Assembly (NCBI GenBank): GCA_965223845.1
Contig: CBDCXR010000004.1
Location: forward strand, 6,368,001-6,432,000
Origin: Planctomycetota bacterium
GTDB lineage: Bacteria > Planctomycetota > UBA8108 > SXIK01
Reading direction: 5' to 3'
Length of the DNA stretch: 64,000 nt
Below the pieces are notes generated by a model that made no database searches, was not told the DNA's origin, and saw nothing but the letters and a program-made list of their open reading frames with translations. Of this stretch, positions 1-15,000 are shown piece by piece. Both the position numbers and the translations under genes were made by a program. Numbering within the stretch: position 1 is the first letter of the stretch; the number at the start of each line of letters is the position of its first letter.

Positions 1-2
1 TC

Positions 3-3000
3 GGCGCTGAGGTTCTCGTGAACACCGAGACGGCGGACGTTCAGGACACCGCCGACCTCGCGATGGACGACGCGGGGAACTTCGTCGTCGTGTGGGAGAG
101 CTCGAACCAGGACGGAACTGCGACGGGGATCTACGGCCAGCGCTTCGACGCGACGGGCGCACCGCAGGGAGCCGAGTTTCGGGTGAGTCCACTCGCTCAG
201 AACCGAGGCGCGCAGCCATCAGTTGCGATGGACGCCGATGGGGATTTCGTCGTCGCTTGGAGAGACATCGACGGGAACGAGATCGAGGCGCAGCGTTACG
301 ACGCCTCCGGAGTCGCGCAGGGCGGAGTCATCGTCGTTTCCCCGCCGACGGCCGACAGCGTGATCAATACCCTCGTCGAGATGAACTCGACCGGGGATTT
401 CGTCGTCGTTTGGGACGAGTACAACACCACCGTGCTCGAGTACACGAACGTGTACGCCCAGCGCTACGACTCGAGCGGGACACCCTACGGACCGCGACTG
501 ACCGCCAATTCGACGGTCACGGGCGAACAGCATTCGCCGGGAGTTTCCTACGAGGATAGCGGCCGCCTGCGATTCGTGTACTCGGGGAACGGACCCGGTG
601 ACGTGGGCGGCATCTTTCTCCAGCAGTACCGTACGGCGAATCTCAGTTTCTCGACCGGGGACGGAGTCGGCGACGCGGCGATGACCTTCACCGCGACGCA
701 GAGCCACGCGAACGCCGTCCTCTCGGGTCTCACGTACCAGCCGAATGCGAGCTTCGTCGGTCTCGACACTCTGACGCTCACGACGAACGACCTCGGGAAC
801 ACGGGCACCCCGGGCTCTCTGATCGATGCCGACATCGTGAACATCACCGTGACGGGGACGACGAGTCCGGGGCTGATCCTCGCCACGACGGACGACGTCG
901 CGACGAGCGGTGTGAACGGGCTTCCGAGCTGGTCGGCCGGCACCGGCGTCGAAGCCGGCGACCCGGGCCTCGCCCTCGAGCCGGGGACGACCGCAGGGAC
1001 GTTCAGCGCCGCGTTCGATCTCGACCCCTTCGCGGCGGATTCGTCCGTCGAGCTCGTCGGTCTCCACTACGTCGGGAAGGCGATCACCATCGGCACGACC
1101 AATACGGTCGCGCTCCTCCCGGGCGACGTCCTCTTCACCGTCGAGTCGGGTGCCGGCGAGACGCTGACGAGCACGAATTCCGTTTCGCTTGCAAGCAACG
1201 ACGTCGTTCGATTCCGGCCCGACTTGCCCGGCGACTACGGCACGGGAACGTTTGAGGTCGTGCTCGAGGCGCCCGTTCCGAATCCCATCCGTGCCCTCAG
1301 CCTCATCGAATCGACAACGACGCTACCCGACACGACGCTCGACGCCGGGGATTTCCTCTTCGGTCTCAATCAGACCGGCACCGCGAACGACGTCTTCCTC
1401 TACGAAGTGACGGACGCCGGTGCGGGAACCACGTCGGGCACTCTGTCGACTCTGATCACCGGCGACGACATTTCGATGGGGACGGGCTCGGTTGCATCGG
1501 AGAACCTCGCGGGTCTCGATTTCGTCGAGAGCGATCTGGTCGTCGGTGGACGTTCGCTCTCCGAAGGCACTCTCCTCGTCACGCTCTCGAGCGACGACGC
1601 CGCGGTCGGAACGAACTCCCTTTCGACGACCGCGCGCGACATTTTCGTGCTCGACATCTCGACGACGACTCGCGGAACCGGGACGACCGCCGCGACGGCG
1701 AATCTTCTCTTCGAGGGCGTCGACGCGGGCTTCGACGTCGTGCAGGAGGAGATCGTCGCGATGGCGCTACTCCCAGTCGTAGGAGTCGCGCCGCAGCTCG
1801 ACCTCGACGCCGACGACTCGAGCGCCGCGGGCGCCGACTACACGACGAGCTGGACGGAAGACGCCGGACCCGTCTCGATCGCGGACAGCGACGCGACGGT
1901 GACCGACATCGACAGCGCAAACCTCGCCTCGATCACGGTGACGATCACGAACTTGCTCGATGGCACGGCGGAGGTCCTCGCCGCCGACACCACGGGGACG
2001 TCGATCACCGCGGCGTACAGCTCCGGGACGGGCGTCCTCGTCCTATCGGGGAGCGACACCGTCGCCAACTACGAGCAGGTCCTGCGGACGGTCACGTACA
2101 ACAACTCGAGCGACACTCCAGACACGACGAGCCGAGTGATCACGTTCCAGGCGAGCGACGGTGTGAATACCGGCAGCCCGGCGACGACGACTCTCACGGT
2201 GTTTCCGCACAACGACAGTCCGTTCCTCGATCTCGATGCGGACGACTCGGTCGTGGTGGGAACGGGATACTCGACCACGTTCACCGAAGGCGGGCCGCCG
2301 GTCGCGGTAGCCGACACCGACGCGATCCTTACGGACGCCGACAATTCGAATCTGCTCCGGCTCACCGTTCGTATCACGAATCAACTCGACGGCGCGGCCG
2401 AGCTGCTTGATGCCGACGTCAGCGGCACCTCGATCACGAAATCCTACGATTCGGGTACGGGAATCCTGACGCTCGATGGAAACGACACCCTAGCGAACTA
2501 CGTTCAGGTCCTGCGGACGGTTACGTACGAAAACACGTCCGAGGCGCCCGATACGACCACCCGAAGCCTGGAGTTCATCGGTTCGGGGCCGGGAGCGCTG
2601 CCCACGAACTTCTCGAACCTCGCGTACACCGACGTCACGATCGTCGCGACGAACGACCCACCGGTGAACGCGGTACCGGGAGCGCAGTCGACGGCGCAGG
2701 ATACCGATCTCGTCTTTTCGAGCGGTGGGGGAAACGGAATCTCGGTGAGCGATGTCGACGCGGGAGCCGCGGCGATCGAGGTCACGCTGAGCGTCACGAA
2801 CGGAACTCTGAGCATCGATCTCACGGGCGCGCTAGGTCCGGAGGCCACCGCGAACGCGACGACCGCGAATCCTCAGGAAACTCCCGCGGTCGCGGTCGCG
2901 CCGGACGGCACCTACGTCGTCGTTTGGGGAAGCGATGCACAAGACGGAGACTCCTACGGAATCTACGGCCGGCGCTTCGATGCCGATGGGGTGGCGATCG

Positions 3001-6000
3001 GCGGCGAGTTCCAGGTCAACACCGCGACCGCGAATTCTCAGCAGATCCCGGCGATCGCGATGGATGACTCGGGGAACTTCGTCGTCGTCTGGGAGAGTCT
3101 CCTTCAGGACGGAGATTCGTGGGGTGTGTTCGCTCAGCGCTTCGACGCCACCGCGGCCAAGGTCGGCGGAGAGTTTCAAGTCAATACGACGACGGCGAGT
3201 ATTCAGCGCTCTCCGGATGTCGCGATGGACTCGGACGGCGACTTCGTCGTCGCGTGGCAGACGCTCGGACAAGACGGCTCGAGCTATGCGGTTTACGCGC
3301 AGCGCTACGACTCGACCGGCACGGCGCAGGGGGCCGAGTTCCAAGTCAATACGACGAGCGCGAATACACAAGACTCTCCCGTCGTCGCGATGGATGCGAG
3401 CGGTGAATTCGTCGTCGCGTGGGAGAGCACCGACCAAGACGGGAGCGGCGACGGCATCTACTCGCGCCGCTACGACGCGGCGGGTACCCCGCTCAGCGGA
3501 GAGGTCCAGGTGCATTCGACGACCGCCGGCGCGCAATCGAGTCCGGCCATCGCGATGGACGCTGGCGGGGACTACGTCATCGTGTGGGAGAGCGCCGACG
3601 CCGATCAGTTCGGGATCTTCGGACAGCGCTTCGATGGCTCCGGGGCCGCGGTGGGCGGCGAGTTTCCGGTCAACACGGAGACGGCGAACGATCAACTCCT
3701 CTCTGCGGTCGCCGTCGATCCGGCTGGAGGGTTCGTGGTCGCGTGGCAGAGTTGGGGGCAGGACGGGTCCGGGTACGGCATCTACGCGCAGCGCTTCGAT
3801 GCATCGGGTACCGCGGTCGGAGACGAGTTCCCACTCAGTTCGACGACGCTGAACGACCAGATCAACGTCACGCTTGCGGTGAGCGATGCCGGTCAGATCG
3901 TCGCCGCGTGGGACGGAGAGACCGCGGGAGACACGCAAGGAATCGCGGTCCGGCGTTTCCGCCCGCCCGCTGTCACGTTCACGACGGGCGACGGGACGAA
4001 CGACGCGACGATCGTCTTCACCGGAACGCTCCCGCACGCCAACCAAGCGCTCGAGGGGCTCACGTACACGCCGAACGCCAGCTACGTCGGCAGCGACACG
4101 CTTACGGTCACCGTCGACGATCTCGGCAATACGGGCGCGCCCGGCGCGCTCCAGGACGTGGACGCCGTGGCGATCACCGTTTTCGATCCCGCGCCGCAGC
4201 TCGACCTCGATGCCGACGACTCCGCGGCGGCGGGAATCGACTTCGCCGCGACGTGGACAGAGGACGGCGGACCGATCGCGGTCGCCGATACGGATGCCGC
4301 ACTCGCCGACGTCGACAGCGCGAACCTATCGTCGCTCGTCGTCACGATCACGAACCAGCTCGACGGGACGGCGGAGGTTCTCTCCGCCGACACGACCGGC
4401 ACGTCGATCGTAGCGAGCTACGTTGCCGCGACGGGTGTTCTGACGCTTTCCGGTGCGGATTCGGTCGCGAGCTATCAGCAGGTGCTCCGGACGACGACCT
4501 ACGACAACACGGCGAGCACGCCCGACGCGACCGCTCGCGTGATCACGTACGTTGCGTCCGACGGAACGCACAACTCGAGCGTCGCGACGACCACGCTCGC
4601 GATGAGCATCACGACGAGCCCGGGGCGTGCGATCTGGCGCAACAGCGGAGACTTCACGCCCGACTCGAGCGTATGGAACGGAATCGCCTTTGTCGGAGCC
4701 CAGAACACCGCCAACATCGGCGACCTCCGCTGGTTGGACGCGGCCGTCGCCCCCACTCGCGACGAAGTGATCGTCGTCGGCGTTGATTTCATCGGGCTCG
4801 TCAACGGCGAGATCTGGAACGGCTCGGAGTGGACGGCGCTCCCGTTCAACTCCCTCACGTTCGCGAGCGATCCGGGGAACCAGGTGGTCGACGTCGCGTA
4901 TGAGAGCCAATCGGGGCACGCTCTCCTCGTCTGGACCAACAACAACGTCGGCTCAGAGAGCGTGTCGTTCCGCGTGTGGGACGGCGCGACGTGGTCGGAC
5001 GAAGCGACGATCACCGCCCCGTCGACGACTTGGGCTCGGGAGCTGCGACTCGAGGCGAATCCGCTCTCCGACGAGATGATTCTCGTCGCGAGCGACGACG
5101 ACGCCACCGAGTGGGCGGCGGTGTGGGATGGGTCGAGCTGGGGCGATACCGTTCTTCTCGACTCGGCGACCGCGAGCGATCGGAAAGAGATCGGAGTCGC
5201 CTACGAGAGCCAGAGCGGCCACGCACTCGTCGTCTACGACGCCACCGGGAACGGGAGCGACCTCAACTATCGTACCTGGGACGGTGCGACGTGGAGTTCG
5301 CAGCAGACGCTTACGGCGCCCTTTGGAACTCACCTCGACAACGACCTCGAGTACACCGCTCTCGCCTCCGACCCCACGAGCAACCGCATCGCTCTCGGTG
5401 TGGTCGCATCGGGAACGCAGAACGAGAACTGGTTCGCGATCTGGGACGGGAGCACCTGGGGCGACGAGCTTCTCGCGTCGACGCTCGCGCTCGCGGGATC
5501 GCTCGACGTCGCCGTGGGCTTCGAGAGTCAGTCCGGTGATCTACTCGTCACCTACACGGAGCCTTCCACGCAGCCTCGGTACCGAACGTGGTCGAGCGGA
5601 GGCGGATGGTCCGGGCCGCTCCTCCTTCCGGACATCGGTGCGTTTCCCGATGTGATGCTTCTCGAGCCGGATCCGCACACGAATGCGCTGATGCTCTCGG
5701 TCCAAGATTCGGCCTCCGATCTTCACTACCTCCTATGGGATGGAGCCAAGTGGGGCGCCGACCAAGAGCTTTCGACGAACACCGGAGAAACCGTCTACCA
5801 ACCCTTCACGTTCCTCTTTAGCAAGGCTCTCCTTCCGCCGGTTCTCGACCTCGACGCGAACAACTCGACGGCGAGTGGCATCGCGTTCGCAACCACGTGG
5901 ACCGAGCACGGTGGTCCGGTCGCCATCGCCGACGTCGACGCGACGTTGATCGACGACGGTGCCAATCTGACTTCGCTCACCGTCACGATCTCGAACCTGT

Positions 6001-9000
6001 TCGATGCGCCAGCGGAGATTCTCGCTGCAGACACGTCTGGAACGGCGATCTCGGCGAACTACGTCGCCGCGACCGGCACGTTGACGCTTTCCGGTCTCGA
6101 TTCGGTGGCGAACTACGAGCAGGTCCTCCGGACCGTCACGTACGACAACACCTCGGAGGTGAGCGATGACACGGCTCGTGTGATCCATTTCGTCGCGAGC
6201 GACGGGACGAACACGAGCGCGTTCGCTCCGACGACGCTCACGATCATCGCGTCGAACGATCCCCCGGTGAACGTCGTTCCCGCGACTCAGAGTACGGACA
6301 CCGATACCGAGCTCGTCTTCTCGGGCGCCACCGGCAATCCGGTCACGGTCGGTGATGTGGACGCGGCCGCGGGCGACACTTTGGAGGTGACGCTGGCCGT
6401 CGCGAACGGAACCCTCAGCCTCGGTGCGGCCGGAGCGTTCGCCGATCAGGTGACCGTCAACTCGAGCAACGGCGGCGAGCAGCGAGAGGTTGAGATCGCG
6501 GCGACACCGACGGGCGAGTTCATCGCCGTTTGGGACAGCAACCACACGGGTTCGCGTGAGATCTACGCTCAGATCTACGACGCGAGCGGCAATCCCGTCG
6601 GCGGCGAGTTTCGAGTCAACCAGGCGACCTCGGGCACTCAGTTTCAGGCCACCGTGAGCGTGGACGACGCCGGGAACTTCGTCGTCGTGTGGAGAGGCAA
6701 CCCGGGGGCCGACACCGATATCTACGCGCGGATGTTCGACTCCGCCGGCAACCCGACGACGGGTGACATCCTCGTCAACTCGACACTCCCGGGAGACCAG
6801 GGAGAAGTCGACGTTGCGATGGACTCGGACGGTGACTTCGTCGTCGTCTGGGAAGGCTTCGACGTCGACAACGAGGGCGTCTTCGGCCGCCGCTTCGACT
6901 CGAGCGGTACTGCGTCCGGCCTCGAGTTCAAGATCAACACCTACACCACGGGGCAGCAGGACGATCCGCGCGTCGCCTCCGCGGGTGACGGACGCTTCGT
7001 TGTCGTCTGGGAGAGCGACGGCCAGGACGGTGACGGCGAAGGCGTCTACGGTCAGCTCTACGACGGCACGGGGGCTGCGGTCGGCGGTGAGTTTCTGGTG
7101 ACGACGACGACCAGCGACTCCCAGAACGAGCCCGACGTCGCGATGGACGACGCGGGCAACTTCACCGTGATTTGGCAAATGGACGACGTCGACGAGCGCG
7201 GCGTCTTCTTCCAGCGCTTCGACGCCGCGGGAACGAAGCTCGGGGGCGAGACGCAGGTCAACACGGAAACCGCTTGGAGCCAGACGCGCGCCGCGATCTC
7301 CATGAACGGGGCGGGAGAGTTCGTCGTCGCCTGGCAGAGTGAAGGTCAGGACGGGAGCGGCCTCGGCGTCTACGCCCGGCGCTACGACTCGAGCGGAGCC
7401 GCCCTGGGAGGCGAAATTCCGCTCGCGAGCGACACTGCCGGCGATCAGACCGCGCCCGCCGTCGCGGTGCACGACTCCGGCTTCGTGACGGCTTGGGAGG
7501 GCGCCGGCGGCGGCGACGCGACGACGATCTCGGCGCGGCGCTACGAAAACATCGACATCGCGTTTACCGCCGGCGACGGAGCGGAGGACGCCACCGTCTC
7601 GATCCAGGGATCGAAAGCCGAATTGAACGCGGTACTCGATGGCCTCATCTTCCGTCCAAACGCCGGGTTCGTCGGGTACGACGCGCTCACCGTGACGACG
7701 AACGATCTTGGCAACACCGGGGCACCCGGGGCGCTCCAGGACGTCGACAACGTCGCCATCGCGGTCGGCACGCCGGGAGTGGTCATCACCGCGACTTCGC
7801 CCGTCCAGCCGGTCGGGGCGGAGTTCCGCGTCAACTCGACGACAGCGAATCAGCAGGCGCTTCCGGACGCGGCCTCCGATGCGGACGGGAATACCGTCGT
7901 CGTCTGGCAGAGCGACCTACAGGACGACGGCTCATCGAAGGGCATCTACGGCCAGCGCTACGACGCTGCGGGGAACACCGTCGGCGGCGAGTTCCTCGTC
8001 AACACGACGGTGGTTGGCGACCAAGCGTCGCCGTCGATCGCGATGGCGCCGGACGGTCGGTTCGTCGTCGTGTGGGACAGTGCCGGTCAGGACGGCGACG
8101 GCACGGGTGTCTACGGCCAGCTTTTCGATGCGAGCGGAGTCGCGGTCGGCTCTGAATTTCAGATCCACGCAACGACGACGGGTAACCAGGACAACGCATC
8201 GGTCGCCATGGCGAACGACGGGAGCTTCGTCGTCGTCTGGCAGAGCTCGACGGGCGACGCCAGCGGCTTCGGCGTGGTCGGTCGTCGCTTCGACGCGACC
8301 GGCGCAGCGAAGGACCGCGAGTTCGGCGTCAACGACACCGAGGCCGGGGATCAATTCGGGCCGAGCGTCGCGACGGATGCGGACGGCGACTTCGTCGTCA
8401 CCTGGACGAGCAACGGTCAGGACGGAAGCGGATTCGGGGTGTACGCCCAGCGCTTCGACCGCGAAGGGAACGACCGCGGACCGGAGTTCCTCGTCAGCAC
8501 TGCGACGGCGAACGATCAGAGCGATTCGGTCGTCGCGATGGACGCGGCCGGCAATTTCGTCATCGCGTGGCGATCGGATCTCCAGGACGGCAGCTCCGGC
8601 GGGGTCTACGCGCAGCGTTACGCCGCGGATGGGACGGCGCTCGGCTCTGAATTCGCGGTCAACACGACCACCGCGGACGACCAACGAGAACCGGCGATCG
8701 CGATGAACGACGCCGGCGACTTCGTGATCGCGTGGACTTCGCATCTCCAGGACGGCAGTGCGGGCGCGGCGATCCTTCGCGGCTTCGCCGCGGACGGAAC
8801 GCCGGCGAGCGCGGAGCTCCAGGTGAACACGGCGACCGCGAACGAGCAGTCCCGGCCACGGATCGCGGCGGACGCCGCGGGTGGATTCACCGTCGCCTGG
8901 CAGAGCGCGCTTCAGGATGGAAGCCAGGAAGGGGTTTACGCGCGGCGATTCACGCAGACGACGACGGAGGCGGGCGGCACCGCGACCTTTGAGGTCGTTC

Positions 9001-12000
9001 TCGCCGGTCCGCCGACGGACAACGTCGTCGCCACGCTCGCTCTCTCCGACGGAAGCGAGGGGAGTCTCTCGGCGACGTCGCTGGTCTTCACGACGGCGGA
9101 CTGGAGCACGCCGCAGACGGTCACCGTCACGGGACTCGCCGACGGACTGACGGACGGAGACATCGCCTACTCCGTGATGACCGATTCGTCGACGAGCCTC
9201 GATGCTCGCTACGCCGCGATCGACCCGGCGGACGTTCGCCTCGTCAACATCGACGCTACCGTGGCCGACGCAATCGTGGTCGCGGCGAACGATGCTTACA
9301 ACACGAACGAAGATACGCCGATCGTCTTCGATCCGACGACGAACGACTTCGATGCTGAATCGCAGGCGATCACCGTCGTCGAGTTCACGCAACCGGCGAA
9401 CGGTACGGTCGTCGACAACGGGGACGGCACCTTCACCTACACGCCGGACTTGGAATTCAGCGGCGCGGATAGCTTCGACTACGTCGCGATCGACGCGGGA
9501 GCTGGGCTCCAGCACTACTGGGCACTCGACGGGGACGCGAACGACTCCGTCGCGGCCGCGAACGGAACGCTCAACGGTACGAGCACGGTCGCCGGCGACA
9601 TCGGAAACGGCCTCGGATTCAACGAGACGAGCGACTACGTCCTCCTCCCCGACGTCACCTACGCCGGCGAGTTCACGATCTCGTTCGAGTTCAAGATCGA
9701 CGACAACCCCGGAACGCTGTTTCAGTACCTCTACAGTCACGGTGACATAAACACCTTCAACAGCGTCAACGTGTTCCTGAGCGAGAGCGGTCACCCGTCG
9801 GATCCCAATCTTCTACGTGCGGTGGTCCGGGACGGCGATGACACGCTCGACAACTTCGCGCTCCAGGTCGACGTCAGCGCACTCATCGGCGACGGACAGT
9901 GGCACACGTACACCCTCACGGCCGGAGCAGGTGGTCTCGAAGTGTTCATCGACGGCGTGTCCGCTGCGAGCGATCCGACGCGGGGGACGGGCGGAATCAA
10001 TCCGACCGGCGGCGTCTATCTCGGAGCTCGCCACGACCTCGAGATCGACCGGTACTACGGCGGCGCGCTCGACTCCGTTCAGATCTTCTCGAGCGCGCTC
10101 GACTCCTCGCAGGTGTCGGCGATCGCCGGAACGGTCAACCGCGCGACGGTCAACCTCACGGTGGATCCGGTCAACGACGTCCCCGTTCTCGACCTCGACG
10201 CGAACGATTCCGCCGCGGCCGGCGTCGACTTCGCGGCGAGCTGGGTAGAGAACTTCGGACCGGTTGCGATCGCCGACTCCGACGCGAGCCTCACCGACGT
10301 CGACAGCGCGACGCTCGATTCGCTCACGGTCACCATTACGAATCAGCTCGACGGCACCGCGGAAGTGCTCGCTGCGGATACGACCGGTACCTCGATCGTC
10401 GCGACGTACGTCGGGGCGACGGGGATCCTCACGCTTTCCGGCACGGATTCCGTCGCCAATTACGAGCAAGTGCTGCGCACGGTGACGTACGACAGCTCGA
10501 GTGATGTCCCCGACCAGACGGCACGGGTGATCACGTTCGTTGCGAACGACGGTTCGGATCCGAGCCCGGTGGCGACGACGACAGTCGCGATCACCGCCGA
10601 GAACGATGTGAACGTCATTACGACGAGCTCGGGCAATGTGAGCTACACCGAGCAATCCTCGCCGGTTGTGATCGATTCCGGCCTCACGCTCGTCGATCCC
10701 GACGGAGCGGACGGAACCGATCCGGCGAGCGGTTTCGTCGCCGCGATTCGGATCGAGACGAACTTCGATCCGGGCGACGTCCTCGGGTTCACCGACACCG
10801 CGAACATCGTGGGATCATTCGTCGGGAACCAGCTCGTTCTGTCGGTGCGAGGCGGAGAGACTGCGTCGGTGGCCGAGTTCGAAGCCGCACTTCGGACGGT
10901 GACCTTCGCGAACAACGCCGATGCCCCGAGTGCGGCCACGCGGACGATCTCGTTCACGTTCGACGACGGGATCGACAGCGGTGCGCCGGCGACGCGAGAC
11001 CTCGACTTCACCGCGGAGAACGATCCGCCGGTGAATGCCGTCCCGGGCGCACAACAGACGGCGGTGGACACGGACCTCGTCTTCTCCGCCGCTACCGGAA
11101 ACGGGCTCAGCACTTCCGATTCAGACGCCGGGAACGCGCTTCTCGAGATGAGCCTCGACGTCTCCAGCGGAGCCCTCACCCTCAATACGAACGGGTTCGT
11201 CGGCGGTGAGACCCTTTCGAACGTCTTCTCACCGTCGACGCCTAGCCCGGCGGGCGTTCAATCTTCTCCGCGGGTCGCTGTGGCCCCGGACGGCACGTAC
11301 GTAATGGTGTGGGAATCTCCCGACGCGGACGGAACCGGTGTCTACGCGATGCGTTTCGACGCCGCCGGCAACCCGCTCTGGGCGCAGTTCCGCGTCAATT
11401 CGACGGAGACTCTCGATCAATCGCGGCCCGTCATCGCGATGGATTCCGCCGGTAACTTCGTGATCGCCTGGTCCGACGATTCAGGCGCCGGCACGATCCG
11501 GGCCCGCCGATTCACGGCGACCGGTGGATCGATCGGTGGTGAGTTCCAAGTGAACACGACCACCGCCGACGTACAAAGCGCACCCGCGCTCGCGGTCGAC
11601 GCCGCCGGCAATTTCTTCCTCGCGTGGGAGAGCATGAACCAAGACGGCAGCCAGAACGGCGTCTACGGCCAGTTCTACAGCTCGTCCGGGAGCGCTCTCG
11701 GCGGGGAGATCCTCGTCAACACGAACACGAGCGGGAGTCAGCAAGCGCCGGCCGCATCCTACGACTCGGCCGGAAACCTCGTCGTCGTCTGGGAGGACGA
11801 GACGCAGGACGGCTCGGGCTTCGGCATCTACGGCCAGCGCTACGACGCCGCGCGGAATCCGGTCGGCGGCGAGTTCCTCGTCAACTCGACGACCGCCGAC
11901 GTCCAGTCGACCCCCGACCTAGCGCACGACTCGAGCGGCGGGTTCGTCGTCGTCTGGGAGTCGAACCTGAGCGACGGCTCGGGCTTCGGTATCTACGGCC

Positions 12001-15000
12001 AGCGCTACGACGCCTCCGGTACGAAGGTGGGTGGCGAGTTCCTCGTCAACTCGACGACCGCCGGAAGCCAGACCGATCCGTCGATCGCCATCGCGGCGGA
12101 TGACTCCTTCTGGGTGTCCTGGACCGACGCCGGGGGACTAGACGGCGATGGCGAAGGAGTTTTCGCCCAGCGGTTCGACGCCTCCGCCACTCCCATCGGC
12201 GGCGAGTTCCGGATCAACACCACGGTTTCGGGAGGCCAACACGCATCCGACATCGACGTGAACGTGGACGGTCGCATGATCGTCGCGTGGGCCGGCGAGG
12301 GAGTGGGGGATGCGGATGGAGTCTTCGCGCAGCAGATTCAGGCCATCGATCTGACATTCAGCGTCGGCGACGGAATCGACGAGGCTTCGATGACCTTGCG
12401 CGGATCGGCAAACGACCTCAACGTCGCCCTCGACGGTCTCGTCTACACGCCGAACGCGATCTACGTGGGCGGAGACCTCCTCACGATCACGGTCGACGAT
12501 CTCGGCAGTACGGGCTCGCCGGGCGCGCTCCAAGACGCGGACAACGTCTCGATCACCGTCTACGACCCGGCACCGCAGCTCGATCTCGACGCCGATGATT
12601 CCGCAGCGGCGGGCGTCGACTTCGCGACGACCTGGACGGAGGGCGCGGGGCCCGTCGCGATCGCGGATGTCGACGCGGCGGTGAGCGATTTCGACAGCGC
12701 TACGCTCGCCTCGATCACGGTCACCATCACGAACCAGCTCGACGGCACGGACGAGGTCCTCGCCGCGGATACGACCGGCACGTCGATCGTGGCGAGCTAC
12801 GTCGCAGCAACGGGCGTACTCACGCTTTCGGGCGCCGATTCGGTGGCGAACTACGAGCAAGTCCTCCGAACGATCACCTACGACAATCTCGCTGTGGCTC
12901 CTGATTCCACCGCACGGGTGATCACCGCTCAGGCGACCGACGGCGCGACGTCCAGCCTCGTCGCGACGAGCACCGTGTCGATGAACGTCGCCCCGACCGA
13001 TCTCATTATCGACAGCGAGGGAACCGCGGAGCAGATCGTCAATTCGTTCACGACCGGGAATCAGAATCGCCCGGCGATCGCGTCGTTCGCGGACGGCGGC
13101 GTCATCGTCGCTTGGTCGTCGGACGGCCAGGACGGCGACGGCGAAGGAATTTACGCTCAGCGCCTCGATCGCGACGGGAATCCGGTCGGCGGTGAGTTCT
13201 TGGTCAATCAGACGACCGTCGACACGCAGAGCTTGCCGAGCGTCGCGGCGTTCGCCGACGGCGGGTTCGTCGTCGCCTGGCAAGACCAAAACACCGGGTT
13301 CAGTGCTTGGACAGAAGCACGGGTGTACGACTCCGGCGGGAACCCGGTCACGGCGGAGTTTCAGTACAGCGGCGGCCTCGAGGGCTATCACCCGACCGTG
13401 CTCGCGCTCGACGCCAATCGGTTCGTCGTCACTTGGAACGAACGAGTCGACGCGACGACCGACACCCTGAAGGCGCAAATCTACGATCGCACCGGGGCCG
13501 CGATCGGCGGCGAGATCGTGTTGGGCGATCTGGTGGGGAGCGCCGGACGGTTTGGATCCGACACCGAGACCGCTCTGTTGACGAGTGGCGGCTTCGCGGT
13601 GGCTTGGCTGTCGAACGACGACGCCGGGACGACGCCGGAGACGCGCCTCCGCATGTTCGACTCGAACGGCGTCGCGACCTCCGGCCAGATTCTCGTCGGC
13701 GGCGACGGCGACCCCGATGTCGCCGGACTCGTCGACGGGAATATCGCCATTGTGTACGGCGACGGAGGAGACGTCTCTGGTCAAGTGTTCGCGCCGGATG
13801 GGACGGTCGTCGTCAGCGAATTCACCGTCAATTCGACGACGACGGGAGTGCAGGTGAGCCCCACGGTGACCGAGCTTCCCGGCGGCGGCTTCTTCGTCAG
13901 TTGGCAGTCGGACTCGGGAGACGGGGACGGGACGGCGATTCTCGGGCAGAGGTTCGACGCGACGAGCTCGCCGGTGGGCGGCGAGATCCTGATCAACACG
14001 ACGGCGACTGGAAACCAGCGACTCCCCGAAGCCGCCCAGACGAGCGAAGGACGAGTTCGGCTCGTGTGGTTCAGCGCGGCCCAGGATGGAAGCGGCGATG
14101 CGGTCGTGTCTCGCGTCGTGGCGGTCGGCGGGAGAGTGCTCGAGAACTCTGCGAACGGAACGGTTGTAGCGAACGTGACGGATGTCATCGACGCGAACGT
14201 CGCCGACACGCACACGTACTCGCTGACGGATAACGCCGGGGGGAGATTCGGGATCGATGTGAATTCCGGCGCGATCTCGGTCGCAGACGGTTCTCTACTC
14301 GACTTCGAAACTGATCCGAGTCACACGATCACCGTCCGCGTGACCGATTCGGCGGGACTGACCTACGACGAGGTTCTGACGATCGCGGTGATCGACGTGA
14401 ACGAGTCTCCCACGCTCGGAACGAACGCCCTCGTCATCTCGGAAGGCGGAACGGTCGTCTTCGGCGGATCCGAGCTTTCTGCATCCGATCCGGAGTCGGC
14501 TCCCGGGCTCCTTCAGTTCACGGTCTCCGGTGTCACGGGCGGCCAGTTCGAGGAGGCGGCGAGCCCCGGCGTCGCGATCACGTCGTTCACGCAGGCGCAG
14601 GTGACGGCGGGCGACATCCAGTTCGTTCACGATGGCGGCGAGGCGGCGCCGTCGTACTCGGTGACGGTGTCGGACGGCGCGCTCAGCGATGGTCCCCACG
14701 CGGCGACGGTCACGTTTACGAACCAAAACGATCCGCCCGTCATCGGCAACAATGCTCTGACGATCAGCGAGGGCGGGACGGTGGTGCTGAGTGCAACGGA
14801 GTTCTCAGCAACGGACATCGACACGCTCGATTCGACACTTCAGTTCACCGTGTCCGGGGTGACGAACGGTCAATTCGAGGAAGTGGCGAACCCCGGAGTC
14901 GCGGTGACGACTTTCACGCAAGCTCAGGTGACGTCGGGCGCGATCCAGTTCGTGCACAACGGTGGTGAGGCGGCGCCCGCGTACTCGGTGACCGTATCGG

